A stretch of 64,000 nt of DNA, from NCBI GenBank assembly GCA_017499595.2, contig CM039009.1, forward strand, positions 2,046,001 through 2,110,000, given 5' to 3'. Under the pieces are notes generated by a model. It was not told the origin of the DNA and did not search any database. It saw only the letters and a program-made list of their open reading frames with translations. A program made the translations under genes and the position numbers. This DNA comes from Psilocybe cubensis. Lineage: Eukaryota. This document shows positions 13,501 to 25,849 of the stretch, piece after piece; position 1 is the stretch's first letter; each line of letters opens with the position of its first letter.

Positions 13501-14852
13501 GTTCGACTTCGGGGGTGCAAAATTGGTTGACTTTGGCACCACAACCACGCGTTGCGTTCGTCTAGTAGTGTGTCGGCACGGGCATCATAGGGTCACGAGG
13601 GTGAGTTCAGCTCCGCTCCGCGTAAGCTTGGCTTAGCTAACGCTCGGGCGGGACTTGACTTGAGAGATAGCTAACACTAATACTTCTGGGACCTCAACGT
13701 CACCGCCAACGTTTGGGGTATAAGACGGTTCACGAGTCAGATGCACTATAATTTCCTTAGAAGGAGGCACGGGAACCAAGGGGGAACGAGGTAATTATTG
13801 AAGGGGGTAACGGCAATACAAAAAGTCTCCAGTCTGCAAGCCCCGGCACACCGCGACTCCTAAGATGACTCCGACCCCAAATGAACGCGTCGTCGTCTTC
13901 ATCTTCGGGGTGCTGGTGTGCGGAGGGTGGCGCGTTCTGACAGGCGCGCAACCTATTTTAAATACGATAAGATACGCGTCGTATCCGTGCGCGCACATCG
14001 CGACGCGACGCGCGCGCCGAGACTCCAGATGCTCTGGGCTAGGTTGGCAAGCAGATAACACCACACCACGGCGCTATCGTCTTCGGTACGTGCGTACCTG
14101 TCCGTACTGTTCTGTGCACGATAATAATGACAATGACAACGATATTAACTTCGATAATGATAACGTCGACTTCGATGTTCATTTTGTTTTCGATTTCGAT
14201 TTTGATATTGACGAGCAGAGGCGGACGCAGATGGAACCAGACGGCACATATCCCATCTCCCCATCTTCGCAGTTACACACTACATAGGACTTGTCAGAGT
14301 CCAAAGTAGCTACACTCTCAGTAAAATTCTGATGTCTTTTAGTATCAACCTACCGGATCTTCCAGGCTGATCCTCCCTTCTTTGATTCTCCAACGCCTGA
14401 AAGCTGGCGACTGTCTACCACAGGGGTCATGTACGCACCATCAGTGGTTCTTCCAAAATTCCAACACGCGTCATTCAGCAAGCTTCCAAGTCCAAAGGTC
14501 TTCTGAATAACCAAGCGCCGTACATGTAGCCTCATGCCATTCCTGTCGAGTAGGTCAGGAATAAAAAGTAAATAGGGAATATCACTGGTTTCCACAACTA
14601 ATACAGGCTCAAGTCTGATCTGACAGCGAAAAATTCTAACAGAGTCCAGACCATCCCTTTGTGATTTCATCAGGTCAATCATCGATGACTCAAGAACTCA
14701 TAAATGGGGGAAACGATAGGGCACACTCAAAATGATATATGTATTTTTTAAAAAAGGTTAACGTGGCCACTGGGTTGTACGACAAAGATTCGGTGGGAGA
14801 ATTCATGACTGGCGCCATTGGGGTCAGCCAGAGATGCCTTAGCGCTTAGTGC

Positions 14853-15076
14853 TTAGCACTTGCAGTCTCCGGGCTTGCAGGCGCAGCTATCAGACAAACG
14901 ACGTTAATCGAGTTATTGAAACATCATCGGAACAAGCCTTCTCACCTGGTGTTGCAGCCGCAGGAGTTGCTTCCGCAGCCGTTGTTGTTGACGGGGGTGT
15001 TGGTGATCTGTAGGCACAAAACGACAGTAAGCATCGATATTACACGATAGGCGAAGACAAAGCTCACAGCGATCAT
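14853..15076 (-). CDS. Metallothionein MT-1, 34 aa, MIAITNTPVNNNGCGSNSCGCNTSCACKPGDCKC (exons 15076-15068, 15007-14946, 14886-14853)
   Basis: Two GT-AG introns splice in frame. The C-X-C motifs and CxCKPGxCKC end match Agaricomycete Cu-type metallothioneins. TATAAAA at 15154-15148. Confidence 0.93.
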
Positions 15077-16649
15077 GTTTGCGAGTACGAGAAGAGCTTG
15101 TAGTTGTAGAACAAGTTGTTATTTCGTTGAGTGAGTTTTGGAGACCATTTTATACTTTCTCGACTCTGCAGAGGGCTTCAGACTCACTGATGCCAAGGAC
15201 AATAAAGTTTGGATAAATTGGTGTTAATTGCTGCATCAAACACGTATACAGGCAACGCTTCGCGCATTCGGGCCGCACGGTTTGAGCATTGGCCAAACGC
15301 TAACATGCTCACTGCGAAATAATCGCATGTTAGTCCCCAAGGTAAAGAGTTGTACAGTTTTATATGGTCATATTGAGGGGAGCCTCGTACGCTCTCTACC
15401 CTACGGGTTAATTGTACCGGGCATCGTTTCAACGGCCGACTCGCGCGCTCTATTCCAAGCCGTGTGTTGCGATTTCAGAATCATAGTCAGGAACCTTGGG
15501 ATTAATCCACAAATTGACCTAAAGCCAACAATTCCTGCCAGGGGACTGAAGTGGTAACTCACATGTTTAACATGGGACCCATATTTTACACTGATGGACA
15601 CTGGGGACGTGATTGACCTATTCAAGATCAAGATGACGATAATTGCGAACGCCACAGTTGCGCATGATATCAGCGCCCATGTAGCGCCGTATCTGGGTGG
15701 TAAGGGAATTGGGCATCAATTAGTGGCGGTGGTGCAGCTTCGGTCCCGAATACCGAATAGTTCAGCAACAGACGCTTGTTGAAAATGAAAATTGCTCATT
15801 CTAAACGTTGATCATCATGGCTCAATAAAAACGAGGCAATTTGTGTTGCTGCTTTGCTTCTCCACCAGCTAATTGCTATATGGTACCCAAGGTCCTAATA
15901 AACTTTTGCTGCCGTCCACTTGAACAAATTTGTTCAGTGATTATTTACTAATCCTCAAAGAAAAATCAACATTGCCTGTCCTTACCAGCTTCGCCAACGA
16001 TGGTAAATCAACGACACGTGGATCTCCATAAACCAAGCTCCGTCCGCATGTTTTCCTGACTGTAACCCCCCAACCCGCCAATTCTACACCTCAATTACAT
16101 CAAAAGCAGCAATGGATTATCAGGGTCCTTCTAAATCAGGAAATTTCTTTGCCCTGTTGGGTAGTAAAATCATGATCAATCAGTCTGCGTCGCGTTCCTG
16201 AGCAACTTCGAATTCTTGGACACATCAAAATCATATGTACCTTGCTCTCTGGACTTTAGACTTTGATGCTAAGCAAACATTTTTTGCATAGAATATAGAG
16301 CAATCTTCGCATCCCCGGACCGAACTGCAAGGATCGAGTGCATTCCATGGCAAAAGTCGGGTAAACATTTAGACAGCTGGAGGGAAAGAACGCACGATCA
16401 ATGCTGTACGTTACACAAGAAGCCTTTTCTATAGACTTTTTAGGGAAGATTTGCTATATGTTTGACATACAAACCTGCAAAAAAATCTATAAACGAGAGA
16501 TATTTGTCTACCTTTGCTGCTCTGATTCATATAGTTATAGTATACTGACCGTTACTAGGGGTCTGAGCCTACGGCGGATATCGCCCTGTCGCGTAGATGA
16601 AGATAGGAACGAGACCCCTTACCTGAATAAAACCTCAATTGACTCTCAT

Positions 16650-16717
16650 CTTGTCCTCATGACAGATTCAAAATCATCGAGCTGCAAACACGGGCAAATA
16701 TTCGAGGTAGTATAAAA
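16650..16717 (+). promoter_or_regulatory. MT-2 core promoter: TATA box and a block conserved with the MT-3 promoter
   Basis: TATAAAA at 16711-16717. CTTGTCCTCATGAC and ATCGAGCTGCAAACAYGGGCAAATAT are shared with 32386-32453 on the minus strand. Confidence 0.6.
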
Positions 16718-16783
16718 CGGCCTTCAAATCTCACTCGAAAAAACAGAAACTTGTTCTACAACTACAAGATCATACTCGCAAAC

Positions 16784-17007
16784 ATGTTCTCTGTAAGTTC
16801 TGTTACCACCTCCACCACTATGTCGTGGCTGACTGTCATAACGTGCCCACAGATCACCAACACCCCCGTCAACTGCGCTGGCTGCGGAAGCAACTCCTGC
16901 GGCTGCAGCACTAGGTAAGCAATGGTATCCAGACGTCGATATAAACGTTATCTGATTGTGTCTACTCTGACAGCTGCGCCTGCAAGCCCGGAGACTGCAA
17001 GTGCTAA
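16784..17007 (+). CDS. Metallothionein MT-2, 34 aa, MFSITNTPVNCAGCGSNSCGCSTSCACKPGDCKC (exons 16784-16792, 16853-16914, 16974-17007)
   Basis: GTAAGT...CAG and GTAAGC...CAG introns give the same 9/62/34-nt exon structure as MT-1 and MT-3. It has one extra Cys. Confidence 0.93.
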
Positions 17008-17792
17008 ACGCGTCATCCTCAATGGCATTTCGTTGAAGCCCATTAAAGTCCAAACTCCTGTCGTACAATATTCCAGTGGCCGCGTATCCAACTTGTAAAA
17101 AAACCTAAATAAATACTTATATCGTTTTGAGCGTGCCCTATCATTTGTCCATCTCTTATATCTATGAATGAATGATGAATCATCCCACAACACCACAACG
17201 ACAAAGATATTGCGGAGGGACGCTTACCGAGATCTGACGTCTGATATCGCCTACTAGCGCCTACCTCGCTCCGGATCCAAGCGCTGTGCAGGCGTATGAC
17301 ATCACTGATTAATGGCGCAGCTATGGTCCCAGAGATTCAGGCTTTCACATGTAGAAGCCTATAGTGTGTTCACGATCCCTCTCCGTTTAATTTAGATAAA
17401 TCAATAACTTTTATTGAGTATAAAATGGCTCAGGAATCACTCGTTTCTCCGTTGCAGTTTGTATCCAACTGGTCTGGTATATTTTTCAAGTAATGTACAC
17501 ACCGCAGACTACATCGTCGCATCATTCTGAATCACCATTACAAGCCTGGACCCCTGAGTTGGAAGTAACTGCAACCTCGAGCAATATTCCCTCGTAGCCG
17601 ATATTGATTGTCAATTCAACTGATGGTGCGCTTGAATCGCTGTCTCTAATCGCCTCTATACTAAAGAAGACAGCACACGAGCCGGAAAGCGCCGTGACTG
17701 ATTCGAGATAGAACGATAACCTTGATCAAAGGTACGAGTAATTGAATGTACCATCCGCGTAGCAGACGAATCGCATGCAAACGCTGTCCTCC

Positions 17793-18198
17793 CAGCCTTA
17801 GCTGCTACTTTTATGTATCAAATACTGGCAACTGCCAGTTGGGCCTGATACATGAGGAGAGGCAACTGCCAGTTGCCAGAATTGATGCATCGCGTGTTTG
17901 GTGGGGGGGAGAATGGGGGCGGGCATTGGTCAACACGACCAAACACTGTTGATAACGCGCGGGATCGCTGTACGGGGCCCCGCAGGGCGCGAAAAATGGC
18001 CTTGCTCGTCGTTGGGGCGGCCGTTTTGCGCGCCAAAAAATGGGTTGGGGTCCTCGTGACGAGCGGGATTTAATCCCGCCGTTTGCGCGCTGTTTGGGAC
18101 GATGAGCGGGGTGGATGGGTCGGGGCGACTTTGGATGACGTCCAGGAATAATTGTCGCCCCTTCCCAATTCGGAATTGATCATCAATCCGGATGCAGT
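17793..18198 (+). repeat. Left terminal inverted repeat
   Basis: 17810-18198 (389 bp) is the reverse complement of 30532-30920, with 2 mismatches seen. The outer 17 bp match imperfectly (CAGCCTTAGCTGCTACT vs CACCTCTAGTTGCTGAC). Confidence 0.95.
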
Positions 18199-18466
18199 CG
18201 CACGGATACTGATGCTCCTGGTTCCGTGGGTTCACGTGGTGATTGGATCAGATCCAGACCAACCCTCTAGAATGCGCGTCCAGACCCAATACGGATCCGG
18301 GCACCATTTGAACCGGAACCAACCACGTCGACTTACTAGTTATTAGCCAAGATAAGAGGCCGTTCAAAGGCCATTGAGACTAACATAGAGAAGTGGAAGT
18401 GGAGTTTTCAAGGAACAGACATTAAGGTAGAATACGTAGTGTATTGGTGTTCACAATCAATGTACT

Positions 18467-21400
18467 TTAGTCTAGATCTTCATCTAAATGTAATGCTTCT
18501 TCCACCCCCTCTTCATTAGCAATGAATTCTTCCTCCTCCTCCTCTGCATCACCGTCTTCCTCATCATTGGCATCTTCGTCTTCGTCTTCTTCCTCGCCAT
18601 CATTGTTGTCGTCGATAGCTTCATCAACATCAACTCCTTCTCCAGTGTCTAATGATCCCATCCACAATTTCTTGAAATGTGCAGCTAGGGAATCTTGCAG
18701 GCTGGCTTGTGAGAGCGCATATGCTGAGATTCCCTCCAACAGGGTTGTGCTTGCATCGGGAATAGCCTTCTGATGTGATCGCCACCATTCTGACCTCCAC
18801 TCCAGATACGCAAGAACACGTCGCATCTCTTCTTTGAGCAACAAGACTTCCTCTTCCGCACGCAGTGACCGAGCACGGCTTTTCGCCCATTCAACCCGAA
18901 GAATGTCATCGCTGTCATCATCTCCTGCAGCCTCGGCAATGCCACCATTGGTCCAAATCCACGACAGGGTTCGGCGTGTTTGACCAGAACCATCCCTTCG
19001 TGTCCGATCTTCTCCAAACAGCACAAACTCCCCTTCTTCCTGAGGCGCAGATGTCATACCAGCAGCAATTTGGTCGTCATCCAAAGTGCCTCTTCGTCCT
19101 TCACGTGGTCGAAGACGGTTTGGGTCCTGGTATCCCCGAATATCACCATCATGGAGCTCGCAATATGTCTTTTCCCAATCCCCCGGCCCAACAAGTGCCA
19201 TGTACGAAGTCCGTGCATCTCGATATTTTGCTGCCGAAAACCGTGCCCTCTCGTGAACTCGATCAATGACTGCTGTGGATCTTGTGCCGCCGCGCTGACC
19301 TCGTATGTTTTTGTGCTTGAATAGTATCATTCGGGTCTTCAGTTTGAGAATCTGACGAAGGGAATTCAGAGAGTCGGTCATTTGCGCCTCACGTAGCTGC
19401 GACTCAATCTTTCCAAGGCCAGCAATGCAGATTTTAGACCTATGCGACTCGGGTATCGTTGATGGCAGCCAGATCTTTGTATCCTCAGCATGCCGGGCAA
19501 CTCTTGTAGCCACATTTGCTGAGTTTGATGGCGGTCGAAGCACTCTTGCGTCGGGGTCGGGATGATCGGCTTGGTATTGGAGTAAACCAGGTATATATAT
19601 TGGAAGCAGCAGCTCCCATGCACGGATTCGGGTGATTAAGGCATTTCTTTGCTCAGTTAATGTTCCTTCCTGTCGAGTAGTCATTGTTGTAGACGTGCCT
19701 TTTGCGAGGCGTTGAATTCGACGTCTAATACATTTTTGCTGGTCACAGGCTACAGCATTCAGATAAAGAAAGAGACTTACTGAGTGTCTTCTAAATCTAA
19801 CCCCATACTGATAAAAACTGACGCTGTTGTTTTGTGATGCATTGTTCCACCGTTGGCCATAAATTCGGCCTCTGATTGTGCAAGCATTTTCTTGACTTTA
19901 GCCTCCGATAAGCCTATGAAAAGTTTACAAATTGCTGCCACAGGTCAAAAGAAAGACGGCTTACCAGCGTCTTTCAGAGAGTATGGGTTACTATTTTTCT
20001 TGGGAAAAGGATCTTTCTCCCACTCTATGCACATCTGCTCCCATTTCTCCACAAGCCCTGGGCTTTTTTTCTTCAAATCCTCAGTTAAGCCACGATGACC
20101 CTCCTTCTGTATGTTACGCTGTGCAATGGCATTCTTATAACGTCGAAGTAGCGTGGACCCCATAGAGATGTACTTGAGCCAGTTCCAAAAGCCAAAATGG
20201 TCGTCAAGCGTGTCTTGCCGCGATCCTGGACCCTGTGTCTTGGTTGCATTTGCGATCGCGTTGTGGGGGGCCCAGACTCTCTCGGGGCACTCGCCATCAG
20301 TAAGTCCTCCTCCTGGAATATAGTTGAAGGAGTAAACTTCGTGGTTCTTCTGATTGTGCGCCGGTTCATGCAATTTTGGAATAGCAGGCTGCAGAATGAT
20401 GTCGGAACGGTTTGGCTTCATGTCCTTGGTCCAATCATTCTGCATTCTCTTCAATAGGTTTATAAACCACTGGCATGCAATGTCATAGCTGACTAAGACA
20501 AGACGAACGGCAAGGAGACGCAAAATAGAGGCAAAAATATAGTCCATATTCGAATATCTTTAGTTTTCATTTAGTGTCAATATATGCGCAAAAAAGTGAT
20601 AGACTAACCTCTCTCCTTTTTGTAGATTTCCAACTCCTCGCGGCATAATCATTTCAGAACGTCCGCATACCATCATTCCTAAACCCGTATATCGAAGGCC
20701 AATGGAAAACTTTGTATTTGCCTTTGCGAGTGCTTGAAAGCCGACACAGGTACTAATCTAGCTGTCTATGAGAACGTGCCATGGATAAGGACTGAAGGTT
20801 TTACATACATCTTTGTCATTAGCATGATTTAGAACATACTTCTCATATGGTTTTCGTGCAACCATATAAGCCCAACCAATTCCTAAGCCTGGGTCTTGGG
20901 AGTAATTTGACACCAGTTGGTTTTTCAGCCGGAAGTTTGCGTCCATGCATACTATCATTGCATATAAAAATCTTCTTGGGGATTAGATTGAGCGAAATTA
21001 GGAGTAGTACAAACTCACTTCATGTTGTCTGGGGCGTCTTCCCAGTTAGATGGAAGATTAATCCCTGGATGCGGGCAGGACGGGCACACTAATCCCAGCT
21101 CTCCTTCTGACGTGCCATCAACGCCGGTAGAATCATGCCCCCTACCCGCCCATTTGAGCATCTGAAGGTGTCTCCATTGAAGAACCATTCGAAAAAGAGC
21201 TTGGTATCGATTTTTGGGCACATTCAGCCCAGTATTTGTCGTTGATTTTTCCAGGCATCGATAAAAGTCATAGGTGGATGCCTTGGTCGTTAAGGCGAGT
21301 TTGTGAAGGTGTCGGAGAAGCTCAAATGTTGCACATGTTTCCACTGAAACCTGGGAGGCTGGGTATAGACGACGCCGCAGGAGTTGAAGATGCTGAGGTA

Positions 21401-22257
21401 TTGCGCGCGTGCAATTACAGTAGCGTATATCGACTGAATGTATTCCATTGGTGTGCAACACCAGCATATGTGCATGACAAGGGGTTGGGTTATCGCAGTG
21501 TCCGCCACTGTGGTTAAGCTGCAAAACAGCTCCTAGACTTCTCAATGAGATGTCCTGAAACTTGACGCCATCCCAGTGCTGTATATGAAGCGGTCAATTA
21601 TGTATAAACATCAGACCTAGTCATTTAACTCACTTGAATTCTGTGGAAAGGGTGTTGGCGGTGTCGCTTTACGCAACAAACACGACATACAAGGTCAGGA
21701 GTGAAGCACTCCCGACAACGATATTCTGGGACTTGAGGATCCTCCACTAAGCGAGCCAGACAATCTGGACATGCTGTAAGTCGAAAATCTCCTCGACCTT
21801 CCCATCGAATAATTTCGTCAAGGTAGTCTTGGCGGTGTTTCTTCTTCCACACTACGTGAGGGCGTTTCTAAGCATATATAACTTAAGCAAAAGCAATTGG
21901 GCCAATAACAAAGTCACTTACTGATCTGACACTTCGAGGTCTCTTAGGGGGCAACAGAGTCTCATCTGCCAGGACTATGTCCTCCTCTAATACAAAGTCG
22001 TGTGCATCGCCGTTGGGGTTCAAAGCATATTCAATATCATCCGGAGGGGCCCAAGACGTCACGATTTCCCATGCCCCTGCAGTCCGTTGTGGAGACCTAT
22101 CATGTCGCCGTGTGGCGAGTCGTGAGCCCCCAAAATGTCGAACACTTCCCTCGCTGTGATGAATTAAATCAAAATCTCCTAGGACAGACACCGAGTCATG
22201 GTAGGACGATTGGTTACGAGATGTACGTGGGCGCTTGTTGGGCCTGGACGACGCCAT
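18467..22257 (-). CDS. KDZ transposase with CxC2-like cysteine cluster, 8 exons, reading frame intact
   Basis: Cys cluster CPDC...CREC...CRVC...H...HPFHRIQ and HTNGIHSVDIRYCNC. KDZ core motifs CPSCPHPGINLP, MDANFRLKN, GNLQKGERYSNMDYIF, SYDIACQW, IPKLHEPAH, TDGECPERVW and GPGSRQDTLDDHFGFWNW. All seven introns splice in phase by hand. Confidence 0.92.
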
Positions 22258-22733
22258 ATCGAAGAAAAAATGGTTAGGCTGTACAGACTCGGAGACGCGG
22301 ATTACGACGCGAGTTTCGAGAACGTGATCATGATTGTTTGTTTTTTGATTAACGTGCCCGTGGGAATTACTATTTTCACAATACCCCTCAGCAGATAGGA
22401 TTACAACTATCTTCCGCTGTTCTCTCAGTTACAAGTCCTCTGCCAAGCACCTTGGTGCTTTTTCAACTCTTGCACTTTTCTAATCTCGCTTAGATTGCCT
22501 GTTAAGCACCGGGAGATTTAAAAAAGGTATGTGTTGAATTTGCTTTGGGTGACGTCAATATTCTGTTACCTCGTTCTGTCTCTGAGGGCCGAGAAACGTT
22601 CGGGCACGGACATACACTGGCGCCTTCAGAGATGAGCGAGAGTACAGACTAAGGGATAGACTCCCTTTGTCTGCTTAATTTGTTTACCCACACGTCTTTA
22701 CTGAGGAAACTATGCCAAGGCAACCCATCTACA

Positions 22734-24262
22734 ATGGCAACAGCAGAGTTAACCAGCGTCTGCCGCACTGAGTTTGACCTCCCTTCACAAATGCATGCTG
22801 CGTTTACCGCCCAAGACTCCCATTTTGACCTGGCAGACATTGAGCTCTCGCCCTTTTCTGGCCCACTTACACCACTCACCAGCTCTTGCGAAAATTCCCC
22901 ACGTATTCCAGAGGCGTCAATCCCCTCCCTTTCGTTGCTGGAGTCTTTGTCACCCATCACTTTGGAAGGCTCCTCTGACATCATTCCTGCAGCATTAGTC
23001 GATGATCCCCGGCAGCTCACAATGCCATCGAACGATCGTCGCAGGGCAAGAAAGAACGTCAAGTCAAACATTGCTCGGGCGAAAAAGCGTAAATTGGCGT
23101 CAAGCTCTGTCGACGCATATCTTCATAAGAGAGGAAATCCTCGTAAGGTCAAGAAAGCTCTACCTTTATTGAGCGACCTGCCAACAGAATCCATTCCTGT
23201 TGCGAGCACGGGATACGTTGCACTGGACAGTGGCCCAACTATGCAAAAACAATTCAAACTCGAGGAGCTGGTGGGAGACGATTCAAAGTACAAATTTCGA
23301 TTGCTGAGGGCCCAAACGTATGCTTCATTTTTATCTCAGCTTTGGTAACTGAAGCCCTTGCTCAGCGAGTCGATTCCAATCGTGGATTCTGGTAATAGGA
23401 TTATTGGGGTCGTTGCCAATCACCCCAAAGATGAAAACTGGGACGTACTGTGTCGACAGGCCGCGGATGCACTGGAATCAAATAGAGGCCAATGCGACTT
23501 CACTCCCGAGGACGTCAAGCATAGAAGAGGCAAATTTGCATCGCTGAGCTGCGGTGTATCGCACGGAGGTAGGCAACAAGGTCCAGACAACCTGCACCAC
23601 CGAAAAAAGAATCAAAAGGTGCTCAACGATCTCAATAACATGGAGTGCTTCAAGCGGTTTGCAGGCTTTGCTACATGTGCATCCGTTCCCTTCGTTGATT
23701 TCAGCTCATACCTCTGAATATGGCGGCAGCTGTTATGTTTACGTGGTCGCAGAGGTTATATCAACACTATGCACATACGCTTGGGGAATTGCACAGAAGA
23801 CACAGCCATCTTGTTCGACTATTTGCGTTCAGCATCTTCAGCGCCGTTTCATACAACTTTGGCCCAAGGACGGTCTGCTATCAACATAAAGACTTCGCAA
23901 ATTTGGCCTACGGATGGTGCGCAATCACTGCCCTCGGATATTTCGACCACACCAAGGGGGGGCATTTGATTCTTTGGGACTTGAAGATTGTCATCGAATT
24001 CCCACCTGGCTGTACAATTCTAATCCCTTTGGCTCTCCTAACCCACTCTAATATACCGGTCAGTAAAAATGAACATCGATACTCTTTTGTGCAGTATACT
24101 GCCGGCGGCATTTTTCGCTGGGTGGGGAACAACTGCTCAACGCGGAAGGAATACCTGTCTACATTGTCTGCCCAACAACGAGAAGAAGATGATCAAATGA
24201 ACCGGAACCGATGGAAGTTGGGTTTATCTATGCTATCAGACACTAGCCTACTTTCGTTGTAA
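22734..24262 (+). CDS. TET/JBP-family 2OG-Fe(II) dioxygenase (fungal transposon-associated type), 3 exons
   Basis: HxD (YQHKDFAN), distal His (LLTHSN) and 2OG-binding Arg (RYSFVQY) are present, along with GGHLILWDL and EFPPG. Introns begin after 23317 and at about 23678. The start codon is tentative. Confidence 0.88.
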
Positions 24263-24894
24263 ATAATTCAGCAACAAAATAACTGTTTGTGTGCAATAGA
24301 ACATCTGTGTCTATGTCTTTTGTGCTTTATGGTGATCTCGGGCCACTTTCTGGTGATCTCGGATGAGCGGCTGTTTTGTACTTGTAAAGTGAATTCTGTT
24401 AGATAGGTCTTGTTTCCGAACATATAATTGACATACCTAGATAGCTCTCAGTCGTATCTTTCAAACGGTACCAAATCTGTGGCACATTGTCTAGCTAATC
24501 TTAGGTGATGTGTTGAGTTCTCTTCGAAATATCCCTATAGTTGCAACTTGAAAACCTGACATGAGATAAAAATCGGTCATTATTCAAATTTTTTTTTTCC
24601 GCGGTTTTATGTTCTACAGGATTTTACATGAATTTTAGTCGATGTTTGAGAAAGAATGGGCTTGAATAGCAAGTGCAATGAATTATTCTATCTGGCCGAT
24701 TTGCTTTGACATGCCCTGTTCATTGATAGCGGCAAAGCTTTCCTTTAAAACTCCAATTGAAAGACATGCTTGGACACTCCTTGACGCCTTGTTCATTGAC
24801 CACGGCAAAACTTCCCTTAAAAACTCCGCTTGAAAAACTTGAAAATATTTCAATCCGCTCGTTCCGAGGTTCACTATCCATCTATTACGTTGCA

Positions 24895-25460
24895 ATGCGT
24901 ATACTTAGTCATTCTAGGCTAAGGAATTCTCTGCACACGGCACGTCTGGAGCGAAAACGATTGTATTACGCCGTGTACGTGCTTTTATTAGCTCTTAGGA
25001 TTAAGTACCCTGCCTAACATTCAATGCTTGTAGCAATCGTCAACGTGAGCAGGAGAAATCTTGTATCCGTTCACAAAGGTTTGTGATTTCCTTATCTTAC
25101 ATGGAGTACTTTCGTCAATACTTGATATACAGGCGCAAAGATCTTCCTCCTGCAGAGCTTGAACGGATCAGAGCACAACACCGTGAGGCGCAAGCTCGGT
25201 ATCGAGAGAAGAACCGGCTGAATATAAATCTCAGGTCGAGGAGGTATTACCGGTGAGTTGCTTTCTCCTTGCTGCACTTCATACGTCTTAAAGTCATATA
25301 CATTCTTAGGACCAAAAAGCAAAAGGAAATGGGATTTGAAGAGCCTGATGAGGAGGCCGAATGGATTAGGTTGAGCGCATTGGCGCACGAGATTACAGAA
25401 GAGGAGTGGATCCGGCTCCACGGTACTAACTCGTATAGGGGTGGGTCAAAGAGACGCTGA
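24895..25460 (+). CDS. Small basic alpha-helical protein (transposon cargo), 4 exons
   Basis: Three GT-AG introns splice in phase to give MRILSHSR...RKRLYYAVNRQREQEKSCIRSQRRKDLPPAELERIRAQHREAQARYREKNRLNINLRSRRYYRTKKQKEMG...GGSKRR*. Confidence 0.65.
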
Positions 25461-25849
25461 GTCGCTCCTGCGCGGTTGAATGATTCACACAGGTTACAGA
25501 ATCATTCTTGGATCAATCATATGATTTCTATGTACCTATCTGAAATGCTACACATTGTTGTTCCTGGAATTTTTTGTATTTAAGTTGTTTGGACTCACTA
25601 TCAAGCTGGTTCAGTTTCCTATTTGATTCCAATTTGAAAACACTGGGCAGCTTTTTTGAGTGTATTGGAAATCTGTTGCTATGAACCTTATTACTGATAT
25701 GCAAAGACTGGAGAACATGAGGAAAATTTTTTGTGCCCCCAACGGCAGTAGAGAAACCGGTTTAACAAGATTCAAATTAACAACTTGGCTGCAAAGATAC
25801 TTAGTAGACAGATATGTATATGCTACAAAAACGCTACAAAGTATCAAAA

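Noticed and set aside
4348-13565. Dozens of overlapping Pro/Thr/Val/Phe-rich ORFs
   Set aside because: They are stop-poor translations of microsatellites in the introns and antisense strand of the AASS-like gene.
15184-16400. Possible membrane-protein gene between MT-1 and MT-2
   Set aside because: Only short stop-interrupted ORFs are present, with no consistent splice model or recognisable motif.
17818-18073. Identical 72-73 aa ORFs here and at 30657-30912
   Set aside because: They are translations of the two TIR copies and have no protein features.
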